Of a DNA stretch of 64,000 nucleotides, positions 40,856-51,751 are shown in pieces. This DNA comes from Candidatus Multivorans sp. (lineage in GTDB: Bacteria > Acidobacteriota > Thermoanaerobaculia > Multivoradales > Multivoraceae). The stretch spans positions 3,360,001 to 3,424,000 of the forward strand of contig OZ251997.1 in assembly GCA_965247095.1 (NCBI GenBank), written 5' to 3'. The notes under the pieces are model-generated. The model made no database searches. It was given only the letters and a program-made list of their open reading frames with translations, and was not told where the DNA came from. The translations under genes were made by a program, and so were the position numbers. Numbering within the stretch: the stretch's first letter is position 1; each line of letters starts with the position of its first letter.

Positions 40856-40939
40856 CCTGGGAACGCGACCCTGGGAACGCGGGCATCCTGCCCGCATTTC
40901 CGGCTCCGGCCGGCCCCCTGGAATCACAAACGTCATGGC

Positions 40940-41716
40940 TTAGTTCCAGAACCGGTCCAGCCGCGTCCAGGACCGGATTGGAATCACCTCGCCGGTCAGG
41001 AGGTCCGACGCCGGCGAGGCGAGGAAGAGACAGAGATCGGCGACATGCTCGGGGCCCGGCGGCCGCTCGAGGCGCGGCACGGGTGTCCCGTCCTCCTTCT
41101 CGGCCGGTTGGATGACGCCCCACTTCACCATCCCCGGCGTTGCGATCAACCCCGGCGCGACGCAGTTGACGCGGATGTTGTGCTGCGCCCACAGGAAGGC
41201 GAGGTTGTTGCTCAGGCTGATCACGCCCGCCTTGGCGGCCGAGTAGTGGAGCATCCCGGGGTTGCCCTTGGTCCCGGCCACCGACGAGATGTTGATGATG
41301 TTGCCGCTCTGCTGCTCGATCATCTGCTTGCCGGCGGCGATGCAGCCGAGCCAGGTGCCGGTCAGGTTGAGGTCGACGATGCGCTGCCACTCGTCGTAGG
41401 GTGTGTCCTCGGCCTTGCGCATCTTCGAGCCGCCGCCGGCGTTGTTGACCATGACGTCGAGCCGCCCGAAGGCCTCCACGGTCCTCGCGATGAGGCCGTC
41501 GACCTCGTCCGGGACGGTGATGTCGCAGCCGATGGCCAGGGCCGTGCCGCCGGCCGACTCGATCTCGGCGACGACGCCGTCGAGGTTCTCCTTCTTGCGC
41601 GAAGCGACGACGACCTTGGCGCCGGCCTCGGCGTAGGCCTTGGCGATGCAGGCGCCGATCCCACCGGCGCCACCGGTGACGATGGCGACCCTGTCGGTCA
41701 GATCGAGCTTGGACAT
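40940..41716 (-). CDS. SDR family oxidoreductase
   Basis: TGGAGGIG, NNAG, NISS, YSAAK, RVNCVAPG. Confidence 0.92.
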   Translation of the reverse strand: MSKLDLTDRVAIVTGGAGGIGACIAKAYAEAGAKVVVASRKKENLDGVVAEIESAGGTALAIGCDITVPDEVDGLIARTVEAFGRLDVMVNNAGGGSKMRKAEDTPYDEWQRIVDLNLTGTWLGCIAAGKQMIEQQSGNIINISSVAGTKGNPGMLHYSAAKAGVISLSNNLAFLWAQHNIRVNCVAPGLIATPGMVKWGVIQPAEKEDGTPVPRLERPPGPEHVADLCLFLASPASDLLTGEVIPIRSWTRLDRFWN

Positions 41717-41718
41717 GC

Positions 41719-42801
41719 TTACTTTCCGCCCTTCTTCTTGGTTGTCTTGGTTGGCGCCGGGTTGCCGACCCTGCCGGTCGTGATGCGGCCGCCCGCGCCG
41801 TCGTCGCCGGATCCGGGAACGATCTCCTCAGGGCACCCGCCGCCGGGTGGAACCATCCAGTCGCACCCCGGCGTGTTCCCCGGGCCGTCGTTGTGGCACG
41901 CGAGGAGGGCCGCGTAGTCGGCCTTCAGGGTGCCCGGCTTGCGTGGCGGCATGAAGTCGTTGACGTGCGTCTGGCCGGCTTCCAGCAACTGGGCGGTTCT
42001 GGTCGGCGCCCGATGGCAGTTGAGACAGGCGTTGCCCTCGATGTGCGGCGTCCTGAGGTCCCAGTGCGTTCCGCCGACCACCCAGTAGGGCGCTTCCGGA
42101 TCGACCCACTGCGGCAGGACGGGCTCGCTGGGATCGGACGGAAGCCGGGCGCCGTCGATCCAGGGGTCGTGCAGGAAGGCGTTGTTCTGGTGGCACTGGG
42201 TGCACTGGACGCCGTCGGGCGGCGGGATCCAGGCGTTGTCGAAGTCGTCGGAATCCGGCCCCGGGAGCTTCCCGGCCAGGAGACCCTTGTCGTCGAAGTG
42301 GAGGTAGTCGGCCTGTGTGAGGTCGCCCTTCCCGTCGGGCGATTCGAAGAAGCAGGTGGCGCCCGTGGTCTTGTTGTGGCCGATCATCTGAACGGACGCG
42401 ATGCCCCTCTCGAAGAGTTCCCGCCCGGCCGACCGGCAGAAGTAGACCCACACGACATCGTCCAGGGGGCTGCCGTCGGCGGCAGTGCCACCGACCCGGC
42501 CGACCCTCGAGCCGACGAAGCAGTTGCCCTTGAAGTCGGGCGTGTCGCACTTGCGATAGCCCGGATCCTCGAACACCTCCGCGCCATCGACGCGGATCGG
42601 GATCCGCACGCCCGCGCCGCAGTCGACCGTGGGTGGCACGCCGACGTGCTCGCTGCACATCGCGGCGTACTCGGACGCCGTCTCCGGCATGGTCAGCACC
42701 TTGCCGCCCGGCACGCAGGCGTCCTGAGCGAATGCTCCGGGCTGCGCCGTGAGCGTGAGCAGCAGGGCGGCCGCCGCCGCGCAGAATGATCGAAGCCTCA
42801 T
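41719..42801 (-). CDS. Secreted c-type cytochrome-like protein
   Basis: Signal peptide; CTQCH and CLNCH heme-binding motifs; several extra Cys. Confidence 0.7.
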   Translation of the reverse strand: MRLRSFCAAAAALLLTLTAQPGAFAQDACVPGGKVLTMPETASEYAAMCSEHVGVPPTVDCGAGVRIPIRVDGAEVFEDPGYRKCDTPDFKGNCFVGSRVGRVGGTAADGSPLDDVVWVYFCRSAGRELFERGIASVQMIGHNKTTGATCFFESPDGKGDLTQADYLHFDDKGLLAGKLPGPDSDDFDNAWIPPPDGVQCTQCHQNNAFLHDPWIDGARLPSDPSEPVLPQWVDPEAPYWVVGGTHWDLRTPHIEGNACLNCHRAPTRTAQLLEAGQTHVNDFMPPRKPGTLKADYAALLACHNDGPGNTPGCDWMVPPGGGCPEEIVPGSGDDGAGGRITTGRVGNPAPTKTTKKKGGK

Positions 42802-42926
42802 TCCGTTTCCCTGCAACCAGTGTACCGAACTTGTAACAGTGTCTCAACTTGGATCTACGGCCTCGGGGGAGGACAAGGCCCTTCGGCCGGGAAGTGACGC
42901 CTTCGGCTACCGCCGCGCCCAGCCGC

Positions 42927-43328
42927 CTACACGAGCGTCGCCACGCCCTCGGCGGCGGCCGCTTCGGTCAGGCGCCGGTCCAGGCTCGCCAGAGCGCAGC
43001 CTTCGCGAATCGCCAGCGCCAAGTAGCTGGCGTCGTAGGCCGTCAGGCGGTGGTCGCGCGCCAGCGCCATGACGTGCCGGTCGTCCGCTTCGCCGGGACA
43101 GCGGATGGGAAGCCGGCGCAACCGCGCCATGGAGACGTCGGCGTGGCGGTTGTCGATCCGCCCCCGACGTTCGGCCGACAACAGTAGATTCCGCAGCTCG
43201 TGCCAGAACACGTCCGGTACTTTTGCCGTGTCGTTGCCCAGACGGTCCAATGCCAAGTCGGCCAGCACTGCTTCCTCGTCCGGCAGCACCCAAGCGGCCG
43301 CCACCGAGGCGTCGGGAACGAATGCCAT
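42927..43328 (-). CDS. VapC PIN-domain toxin
   Basis: FVPDASVAAAW...ELRNLL...LTAYDASYLALA...LASLDRRL. Confidence 0.9.
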   Translation of the reverse strand: MAFVPDASVAAAWVLPDEEAVLADLALDRLGNDTAKVPDVFWHELRNLLLSAERRGRIDNRHADVSMARLRRLPIRCPGEADDRHVMALARDHRLTAYDASYLALAIREGCALASLDRRLTEAAAAEGVATLV

Positions 43329-43570
43329 CAGCGCGTGTGCCCTTCATGGCGCCAGGACAGGAGTTCCGAGGTCGTCACCGCACGCTGTTTCGCCCGTTCC
43401 CGGCGCAGCGTCGCGCAGAGCGCGGCATGCTCCCGGCCGTCGACGAGCGGCGTCACATGGGCAATCGGCCTTGCGCCGCGGCAAAGGACCAAATCCTCAC
43501 CTGCCTCCACCTCCGCGAGCAGCGCCGAGAGGTGCGTCTTGGCTTCACCAATCTTCACGTAGCGTGTCAT
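43328..43570 (-). CDS. Phd/YefM-family antitoxin
   Basis: VKIGEAKTHLSALLAEVEAGEDLVLCRGARPIA. Confidence 0.9.
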   Translation of the reverse strand: MTRYVKIGEAKTHLSALLAEVEAGEDLVLCRGARPIAHVTPLVDGREHAALCATLRRERAKQRAVTTSELLSWRHEGHTR

Positions 43571-43674
43571 GTTCTTCGTATCCTCATCAGCCCAGCCCGA
43601 GAGAAGACTAGGCTCGGGACGTCACTTGGTCAAGTGCTTGGTTCGGTCCGGGCCAGGGGCTTGGAACCAGCTTC

Positions 43675-45660
43675 ATGGGGGGCCCACCCCATGCGGCGCA
43701 CGCTGCGAGTCACGGCTTCGCTATTGTGCCGACCGTGTACGGCGCTTCTCCCGCCTTGACCGCCGCCCCCCGGCCCCGCCTGGCCGCTGCGCGTCAGGCC
43801 GCGGTAGCGGTCCTCGGGGCGCTGTGGTGTCTGAGCACGGCCGGCGTACTCGCCGCCCAGCCGAGCTCCGGCCCGAGCCACGCGATCGCCTACTTCGGTG
43901 AACCGAAGTACGCCGCGGCCATCCCCCATTTCGGCTACGTCCATCCCGACGCTCCCAAGGGCGGCGAGATGCGCACCTGGCTTCCGGGGACGTTCAACAA
44001 CCTGCACCCCTACGTGGACAAGGGCCGCTTCGAGATCTACAGCACCTGGCGGGTCCGAACGATCACCTTCGATCGCCTGATGATGCCCTCCGAGGACGAG
44101 CTCTCGAGCCTCTACTGCCTGCTGTGCGAGACGGTGGAGGTCGCCGAGGACTACCGTTGGGTGGCCTACACGCTCCGACCCGAGGCGCGGTGGCACGACG
44201 GCGTGCCGGTCACGGTGGACGATGTCGTGTGGACTTATCAGACCCTCAAGGCCGACGGCCCGGTCAGCTTCAAGGCGGCCTGGCGGCACGTGGAGGGCAT
44301 CGAACGCCTCGGGGAGCGCTCGTTCCGCTTCCTCTTCGGCGCCGTCGGGAGGAGCCGCAGATCGGTCATGGAGGCGTCCTCCTTCCTGACGATGCCGAAG
44401 CACTACTGGCAGGACCGGGACTTCACGGCGACCACCCTGGCGCCGCCGCTCGGCAACGGCGCCTACCGGGTCGGCGCGGTCGACCCCGGCCGGCGGATCG
44501 TCTACGAACGGGTCGACGACTACTGGGCGAAGGACCTCAACTTCAAACGCGGGCACCACAACTTCGATCGCTTCACCGTCCTCTACTTTCGCGACATCAA
44601 GGCGGGCATCCAGGCCCTCAAGGCCCGCGTGGTCGACTACTACCGCGACCAGGATGAGCGGGAGGTCGCCACCGCCTACGACTTCGCCGAGGTCGATCTT
44701 GGGCTCTTCAACAAGGAGACCTACCGGATGGGGACGACCTACGGGATGCACTGGTCGGTCGTCTTCAACACCCGCCTGCCGCAGTTCCAGGACATTCGCG
44801 TCCGCGAGGCGCTGACCCTGGCCTACAACTTCGACTGGGGCAACCGGACGCTCCAGTACGGAGCGCTGCGGCGCAACAGCACGTTCTTCCTGGGCTCGGA
44901 GATGGCGGCGCGCGGCCTGCCGTCGGCCGAGGAGCTGGCGCTGCTCGAGCCGCTGCGGGAGCACATCCCCGAGCGCGTGTTCACGCACGAGTTCACCCTG
45001 CCCACGAACGACGGCTACGGCCGCAACCGGGAGGCGCTGCTGCGGGCTGGGAACCTGCTCGACGAAGCCGGCTGGGTCGTGCGCGACTTCCGGCGCGCCA
45101 ACGCGGCGACTGGAAAGCCGCTCCGGTTCGAGATCATGGTCAGGCTCAGGGAGCACGAGCGCATGCTCGTGCCCTACGTCGAGAATCTGAAGCGGCTCGG
45201 CGTCGAAGCGACGGTCCGCCGGGTCGAATCGAACATCTACACGAACCGCGCGCGCCACTACGACTTCGAGCTGACGATGCAGAAGATCTGCACCCACAGC
45301 ATCCCGCAGCCGGCCCGTACGCGCAGCCACATGCACTCCGAGAGCGCCGACCTCCCGAACCTGTTCAACTACCCGGCGATCCGCAACCCGGCGGTGGACG
45401 CCCTGGTCGAGAAGGTGATCGCGGCCGAGACCGAGGAGGAGATGAACATCGCGGGCCGGGCGCTCGATCGGGTGCTGCTGTGGAGCTTCTACGTCATCCC
45501 GGAGGGCGCCCCAAAGGGCCGCCACCTCCTCTACTGGGACCGCTTCGGCCATCCGCCCCTGGGGCGCGAGCACATGAACTGGACCGGCTTCCCGCACCTC
45601 TGGTGGTTCGACCAGGAGAAGAGCGATCGGGTCGACGCCGCTCTGGGCGAGACCCGCTAG
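43675..45660 (+). CDS. ABC transporter peptide-binding protein (YejA-like); start uncertain
   Basis: HAIAYFGEPKY, PDAPKGG, LRPEARWHDG, YERVDDYWAKDL, RALDRVLLW. Confidence 0.88.
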   Translation: MGGPPHAAHAASHGFAIVPTVYGASPALTAAPRPRLAAARQAAVAVLGALWCLSTAGVLAAQPSSGPSHAIAYFGEPKYAAAIPHFGYVHPDAPKGGEMRTWLPGTFNNLHPYVDKGRFEIYSTWRVRTITFDRLMMPSEDELSSLYCLLCETVEVAEDYRWVAYTLRPEARWHDGVPVTVDDVVWTYQTLKADGPVSFKAAWRHVEGIERLGERSFRFLFGAVGRSRRSVMEASSFLTMPKHYWQDRDFTATTLAPPLGNGAYRVGAVDPGRRIVYERVDDYWAKDLNFKRGHHNFDRFTVLYFRDIKAGIQALKARVVDYYRDQDEREVATAYDFAEVDLGLFNKETYRMGTTYGMHWSVVFNTRLPQFQDIRVREALTLAYNFDWGNRTLQYGALRRNSTFFLGSEMAARGLPSAEELALLEPLREHIPERVFTHEFTLPTNDGYGRNREALLRAGNLLDEAGWVVRDFRRANAATGKPLRFEIMVRLREHERMLVPYVENLKRLGVEATVRRVESNIYTNRARHYDFELTMQKICTHSIPQPARTRSHMHSESADLPNLFNYPAIRNPAVDALVEKVIAAETEEEMNIAGRALDRVLLWSFYVIPEGAPKGRHLLYWDRFGHPPLGREHMNWTGFPHLWWFDQEKSDRVDAALGETR

Positions 45661-45683
45661 CAAACGCCGCCTGACGCCCACGC

Positions 45684-46757
45684 ATGCTGCTCTACATTCT
45701 GCGCCGTCTCGTCCTGATGGTGCCGACGCTGGTCGGCGTGCTGCTGGTCAACTTCGTGATCATTCAGGCGGCGCCGGGTGGTCCGGTGGATCAGGCGATC
45801 GCCCGCCTGCAGGGAACCGGAGTCGATGCCGGCGCCAGCGTGCTCGGCGGCGGCGCGGGTTCGACCCTGGAGGCCGAGCTCGCCGCGACCGGCGGCATCG
45901 ACCCGGCGCTGATCGAGGAACTCGAGCGGCAGTTCGGCTTCGACAAGCCGGCGCCCGTCCGCTTCTTCATCATGCTCCGCGACTACCTGCGCTTCGACCT
46001 GGGCGAGAGCTTCTACCAGGACGTCCCGGTCATCGATCTCATCCTCGATCGGATTCCGGTCTCGATCTCCCTGGGGCTCTGGACCCTGCTCATCGTCTAC
46101 TCGGTGTCGATCCCGCTCGGCATCCGCAAGGCCACCGCCGACGGCTCGCCGTTCGACGTCTGGTCGAGCGTGGTGATCCTCGTCGGCTACGCGATTCCGG
46201 CCTTCATCCTCGCCGTGCTGCTCATCGTGCTGTTCGCGCGCGGCGGCCTGATCGAGTACTTCCCGCTGCGCGGCCTGGTGTCCGACGACTTCGCCGACCT
46301 GGGGCTTTGGGCTCAGGCGAAGGACTATTTCTGGCACTTGGCGCTGCCGATCACGGCGCTCGTGGCCGGGAGCTTCGCGACCCTCACGATGTTGACCAAG
46401 AACTCGTTTCTCGACGAGGTCCACAAGCAGTACGTGCTGACGGCCAAAGCCAAGGGCCTCCGGACCCGCCGCGTGCTCTACGGCCACGTGTTTCGCAACG
46501 CGATGCTGATCGTGATCGCCGGTTTCCCGAGAGCTCTCGTCGGAGCGCTGTTCACCGGCGTGCTCCTCGCCGAGATCATCTTCTCGCTCGACGGCCTGGG
46601 CCTCCTGGGCTTCGAGGCGATCGTCACGCGCGACTACCCGATCATCTTCGGGACCCTCTACGTTTCGACCCTGCTGGCCCTGGTGCTGCAGCTCCTCACG
46701 GACATCACCTACACGCTCACCGATCCACGCATCGACTTCGAGAGCCGAGAGGTTTGA
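45684..46757 (+). CDS. yejB: ABC transporter permease YejB
   Basis: IIQAAPGGPV, FGFDKP, TKNSFLDE, HVFRNAML, DPRIDFESR. Confidence 0.9.
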   Translation: MLLYILRRLVLMVPTLVGVLLVNFVIIQAAPGGPVDQAIARLQGTGVDAGASVLGGGAGSTLEAELAATGGIDPALIEELERQFGFDKPAPVRFFIMLRDYLRFDLGESFYQDVPVIDLILDRIPVSISLGLWTLLIVYSVSIPLGIRKATADGSPFDVWSSVVILVGYAIPAFILAVLLIVLFARGGLIEYFPLRGLVSDDFADLGLWAQAKDYFWHLALPITALVAGSFATLTMLTKNSFLDEVHKQYVLTAKAKGLRTRRVLYGHVFRNAMLIVIAGFPRALVGALFTGVLLAEIIFSLDGLGLLGFEAIVTRDYPIIFGTLYVSTLLALVLQLLTDITYTLTDPRIDFESREV

Positions 46758-47799
46758 GCAGCCCGGTGCCAGTCGCGCCCAGCCTCGGCAGGAGGAGATG
46801 GGCTGCCTTCAAGGCCAATCGGAGGGGCTACTGGTCGCTCCGGGTCTTCGTCGTCATCTTCGGCGCCTCCCTCTTCGCCGAGTTCCTCGCCAACGACAAG
46901 CCTCTGGTTGTCCGCCATGAGGGCCGCTTCTATCTGCCGATCGTTTCGACGTACTCGGAGGCCGAGTTCGGTGGCGTGTTCGAGGTGGAAGCCGACTACC
47001 GGGAGGAGTTCGTCAAGGAGCTCATTCGAGGCAGCGATGGATGGATGATCTGGCCGCCGATCCCGTACGCGCACGACACGATCGACTACGAACTGCCCGG
47101 TCCGGCCCCGTATCCACCGTCCCGCCAGCACTGGCTGGGCACGGACGATACGGGCAAGGACGTGTTCGCTGGTCTCATCTACGGGATCCGCCTGTCCTTT
47201 CTGTTCGGGTTGGTGCTTACCGCCCTGAGCTCGATCATCGGGGTGCTGGCGGGCGCCGTGCAGGGCTATCTGGGGGGCAAGGTGGACCTCTTCGGCCAGC
47301 GCCTGATCGAGATCTGGGCCGGGCTGCCGATTCTCTTCGTCCTGATCATTCTCGCCAGCATCGTGGATTCCAACGTCTTTTGGCTGCTCGGGATCCTCGT
47401 CGCGTTCAGTTGGATGGCGCTCGTGGGCGTCGTCCGGGCCGAAGTGCTGCGCGCTCGCAACTTCCAGTACGTGACCGCCGCGCGGGCCCTGGGGGCGGGG
47501 GACGGGAGGATTGTCCGCCGCCACGTTCTGCCCAACGCGATGGTCGCCACCTTCACCTTCCTGCCCTTCATCCTGACCGGGTCGATCACCCTGCTCACCT
47601 CGCTCGACTTCCTCGGCTTCGGCCTGCCTGTCGACTCGCCCTCGCTGGGGAGGCTGCTCGCCCAGGGTCGGGTCAACCTGCACGCCCCGTGGCTGGGCCT
47701 CGTGTCCTTCTTCACGCTGGCCACGCTGCTGACGCTCGTGATCTTCATCGGCGAGGCGCTGCGCGACGCCTTCGATCCCCGAAGGACGGGGACGCAGTC

Positions 47800-47803
<4 letters not shown>
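46754..47803 (+). CDS. yejE: ABC transporter permease YejE
   Basis: FKANRRGYWSL, ANDKPL, WLGTDD, LTSLDFLGFGLP, FIGEALRDAFDP. Confidence 0.9.
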
Positions 47804-49536
<1,733 letters not shown>

Positions 49537-49732
49537 CAGCGGCAGGGCCGGCCGGCCTGAGCGATGCGCTTGCCCCTGGACAGTTGTCGTCGGACCGCCG
49601 CGGTACCCTGGGGCCGGCCAGATCGACCAAGGCGGATTATCTCCATTAACAACGAAGAAGATGCCGACAAATTGATGTTTGAGCCAAAATATGCCACGAT
49701 CACGTAATTATTGGGATCACAGGAGGGACACC

Positions 49733-51019
49733 GTGCTTGTTTCATTCGCCGTCACGAACTACGCTTGCTTCAAGGATCGCCAGGAACTCACGCTGGTGCC
49801 ACCGCGCAAGACTGACGACGACGAGTTCGCGTTCGACACCGGCGTGCGGCGGGTTCCCCGACTCCACCGCGCCGCTGCTCTCTACGGCGCGAACGCGAGC
49901 GGGAAGTCACGGCTCATCCAGGCGCTCGCGTTCGTCGACTCGTTCGTCATCGGCTCCTCAAAGCGACGCCAGACAGGTGAGGGGATCCGCCACGAGCCGT
50001 TCCGGTTCGACGCCGACAGCCGGTTGCGTCCCACGACCTTCGAGATCTCGTTCATCGAGGCAGGATCCGTCTATGAGTACGGCTTCTCGGTGGACAGCGA
50101 ACGCGTCCACGAGGAGTGGCTGCTGCAGTGGCCGGCTGGGGGGCGGCAGCGAATGCTGCTCGATCGAGAGTACGACTCCGCTACGGGCAGTGAGTCCTGG
50201 AGCTTTGGCGCCTCGGTCCGTGGCGAGAAGAGAGCCTGGCAGGCGAGCACAAGACCGGACACGCTGCTCGTCTCCACGGCTGCTCAGTTGAATAGCGAGG
50301 TCTTCACGCCGGTCGTCGAGTGGTTTCAGCGGAGTCTCCGTGTCGTACCTTCGGGAGGCCTCCCTCCTGCCGTCACGATCGCGACGATCCACGGCGATGA
50401 GCGGGCCACCGACAGAGTGCTGGGGATGCTCCAAGACGCCGACATCGCCGTTTCCTCCCTGCGAACCCGTAAGGAGTCGGTTCGAGTAGATGACCTGCGC
50501 CCCAGCCCTCCACCGGAGATTCTGAGGGAGTTCAAGGATGCCGGCCACACGACTGTGAATCTCTGGGAGGCCGATCTCGGCCACCGACCTGAGGGGTGTA
50601 CCGAGACCCATTTTCTCGACTTCGATGACGAGTCGGAGGGCACCCGACGGCTCCTTGCGCTCGCGGGTGTGTGGCTCGACATCCTCGACAACGACCTCGT
50701 GGTGGTCGTTGATGAGTTGGACTCCAGCATGCACGCGCACCTGACCGCGGCCCTCGTCAGCCGGATCAACAGCGCTCCTCCGGACGGTGAAAGCCGGCGC
50801 GCTCAACTCATCGCAACGCTCCACGACACTTCACCGATGAAGAGTGCGCTGGATCGCGACCAGATCTGGCTCACCGACAAGGACCCGACGAAGGAAGTGT
50901 CTAGCCTGACGCCGCTGAGCGTCTTCAAGCCGCGCCGGCGCGAACCCCTTGACCGCGGCTACCTCGGTGGCCGCTACGGCGGCGTGCCGGTGATCGCAGA
51001 GTACGGCTACGAGAGGTGA
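49733..51019 (+). CDS. AAA_21-type ATPase (RloA/AbiLi-like)
   Basis: SD AGGAGG + GTG; FAVTNYACFKD, YGANASGKS, ESEGTRRL, VVDELDSSMH, QLIATLHD, YLGGRYGGVP. Confidence 0.88.
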   Translation: MLVSFAVTNYACFKDRQELTLVPPRKTDDDEFAFDTGVRRVPRLHRAAALYGANASGKSRLIQALAFVDSFVIGSSKRRQTGEGIRHEPFRFDADSRLRPTTFEISFIEAGSVYEYGFSVDSERVHEEWLLQWPAGGRQRMLLDREYDSATGSESWSFGASVRGEKRAWQASTRPDTLLVSTAAQLNSEVFTPVVEWFQRSLRVVPSGGLPPAVTIATIHGDERATDRVLGMLQDADIAVSSLRTRKESVRVDDLRPSPPPEILREFKDAGHTTVNLWEADLGHRPEGCTETHFLDFDDESEGTRRLLALAGVWLDILDNDLVVVVDELDSSMHAHLTAALVSRINSAPPDGESRRAQLIATLHDTSPMKSALDRDQIWLTDKDPTKEVSSLTPLSVFKPRRREPLDRGYLGGRYGGVPVIAEYGYER

Positions 51020-51022
51020 TCA

Positions 51023-51631
51023 ATGGCCCGCCGACACTGGCCGCGGACGAAACCGCGCCGACCGCCGCGGTCGTCCAAGCCGAGGATTCTGATTCTCTGC
51101 GAGGGCCAGAAGACGGAACACATCTACTTTGCCGCCTTGAAGGTCGAGATGAGACTGCCCAGTGTCCGCGTGTGGCGTCTCTCCAAGGTAAGGGGACTTC
51201 GCGGTTTGACGGCGGCTGCCGACGAAGCCCGCCGGAACGACCCTGGCCTCGACGAGATCTGGTGCGTGCTCGACCACGACGGGCGCGAAGAAGAAGTGCG
51301 GAAGTTCCTTGTCTGGCACGAGCGTGCCCGGAAGAGTCGGAGCCGTCAGAGGATCGAGGCCGTGATTTCAGACCCCTGCTTCGAGTACTGGCTGCTACTT
51401 CACTTCGAGTACACGACCCGGTCCTTCGACAAAGTCGGAGGCTGCGAACAGGTCACTCAGATGCTGCGGAGGTACGAGAACGACTACGAGAAGGGGGACC
51501 GTCGCTTCTTCGAAGGCCTTGGTGGCCTCCGCGACCAGGCCATCCAGAACGCGGCGCAAGCCGGTAGAGCGGGCCCGTCGCCCGCCACCGACATCGGCCG
51601 CCTGATCGAACGCCTTCGTGAACTCCACTGA
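51023..51631 (+). CDS. RloB-family protein (AbiLii-like)
   Basis: ILILCEGQKTEHIYF, WCVLDHD, SDPCFEYWLLLHF. Confidence 0.88.
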   Translation: MARRHWPRTKPRRPPRSSKPRILILCEGQKTEHIYFAALKVEMRLPSVRVWRLSKVRGLRGLTAAADEARRNDPGLDEIWCVLDHDGREEEVRKFLVWHERARKSRSRQRIEAVISDPCFEYWLLLHFEYTTRSFDKVGGCEQVTQMLRRYENDYEKGDRRFFEGLGGLRDQAIQNAAQAGRAGPSPATDIGRLIERLRELH

Positions 51632-51751
51632 TCTGCTGATCCCCGACCGAAGATCTACGGCGGAAGCTACGAGAACTCCCGGTCCATTCTCGTCCGCAAT
51701 TCCGGGCCTACGCGACCGCGTCTCAGCGAGGCGCCTCCGCTCCGTCACCGG

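Noticed and set aside
40746-40897. CRISPR mini-array
   Set aside because: Repeats are only 12 bp, spacers are irregular (98 and 2 bp), and there are no cas genes.
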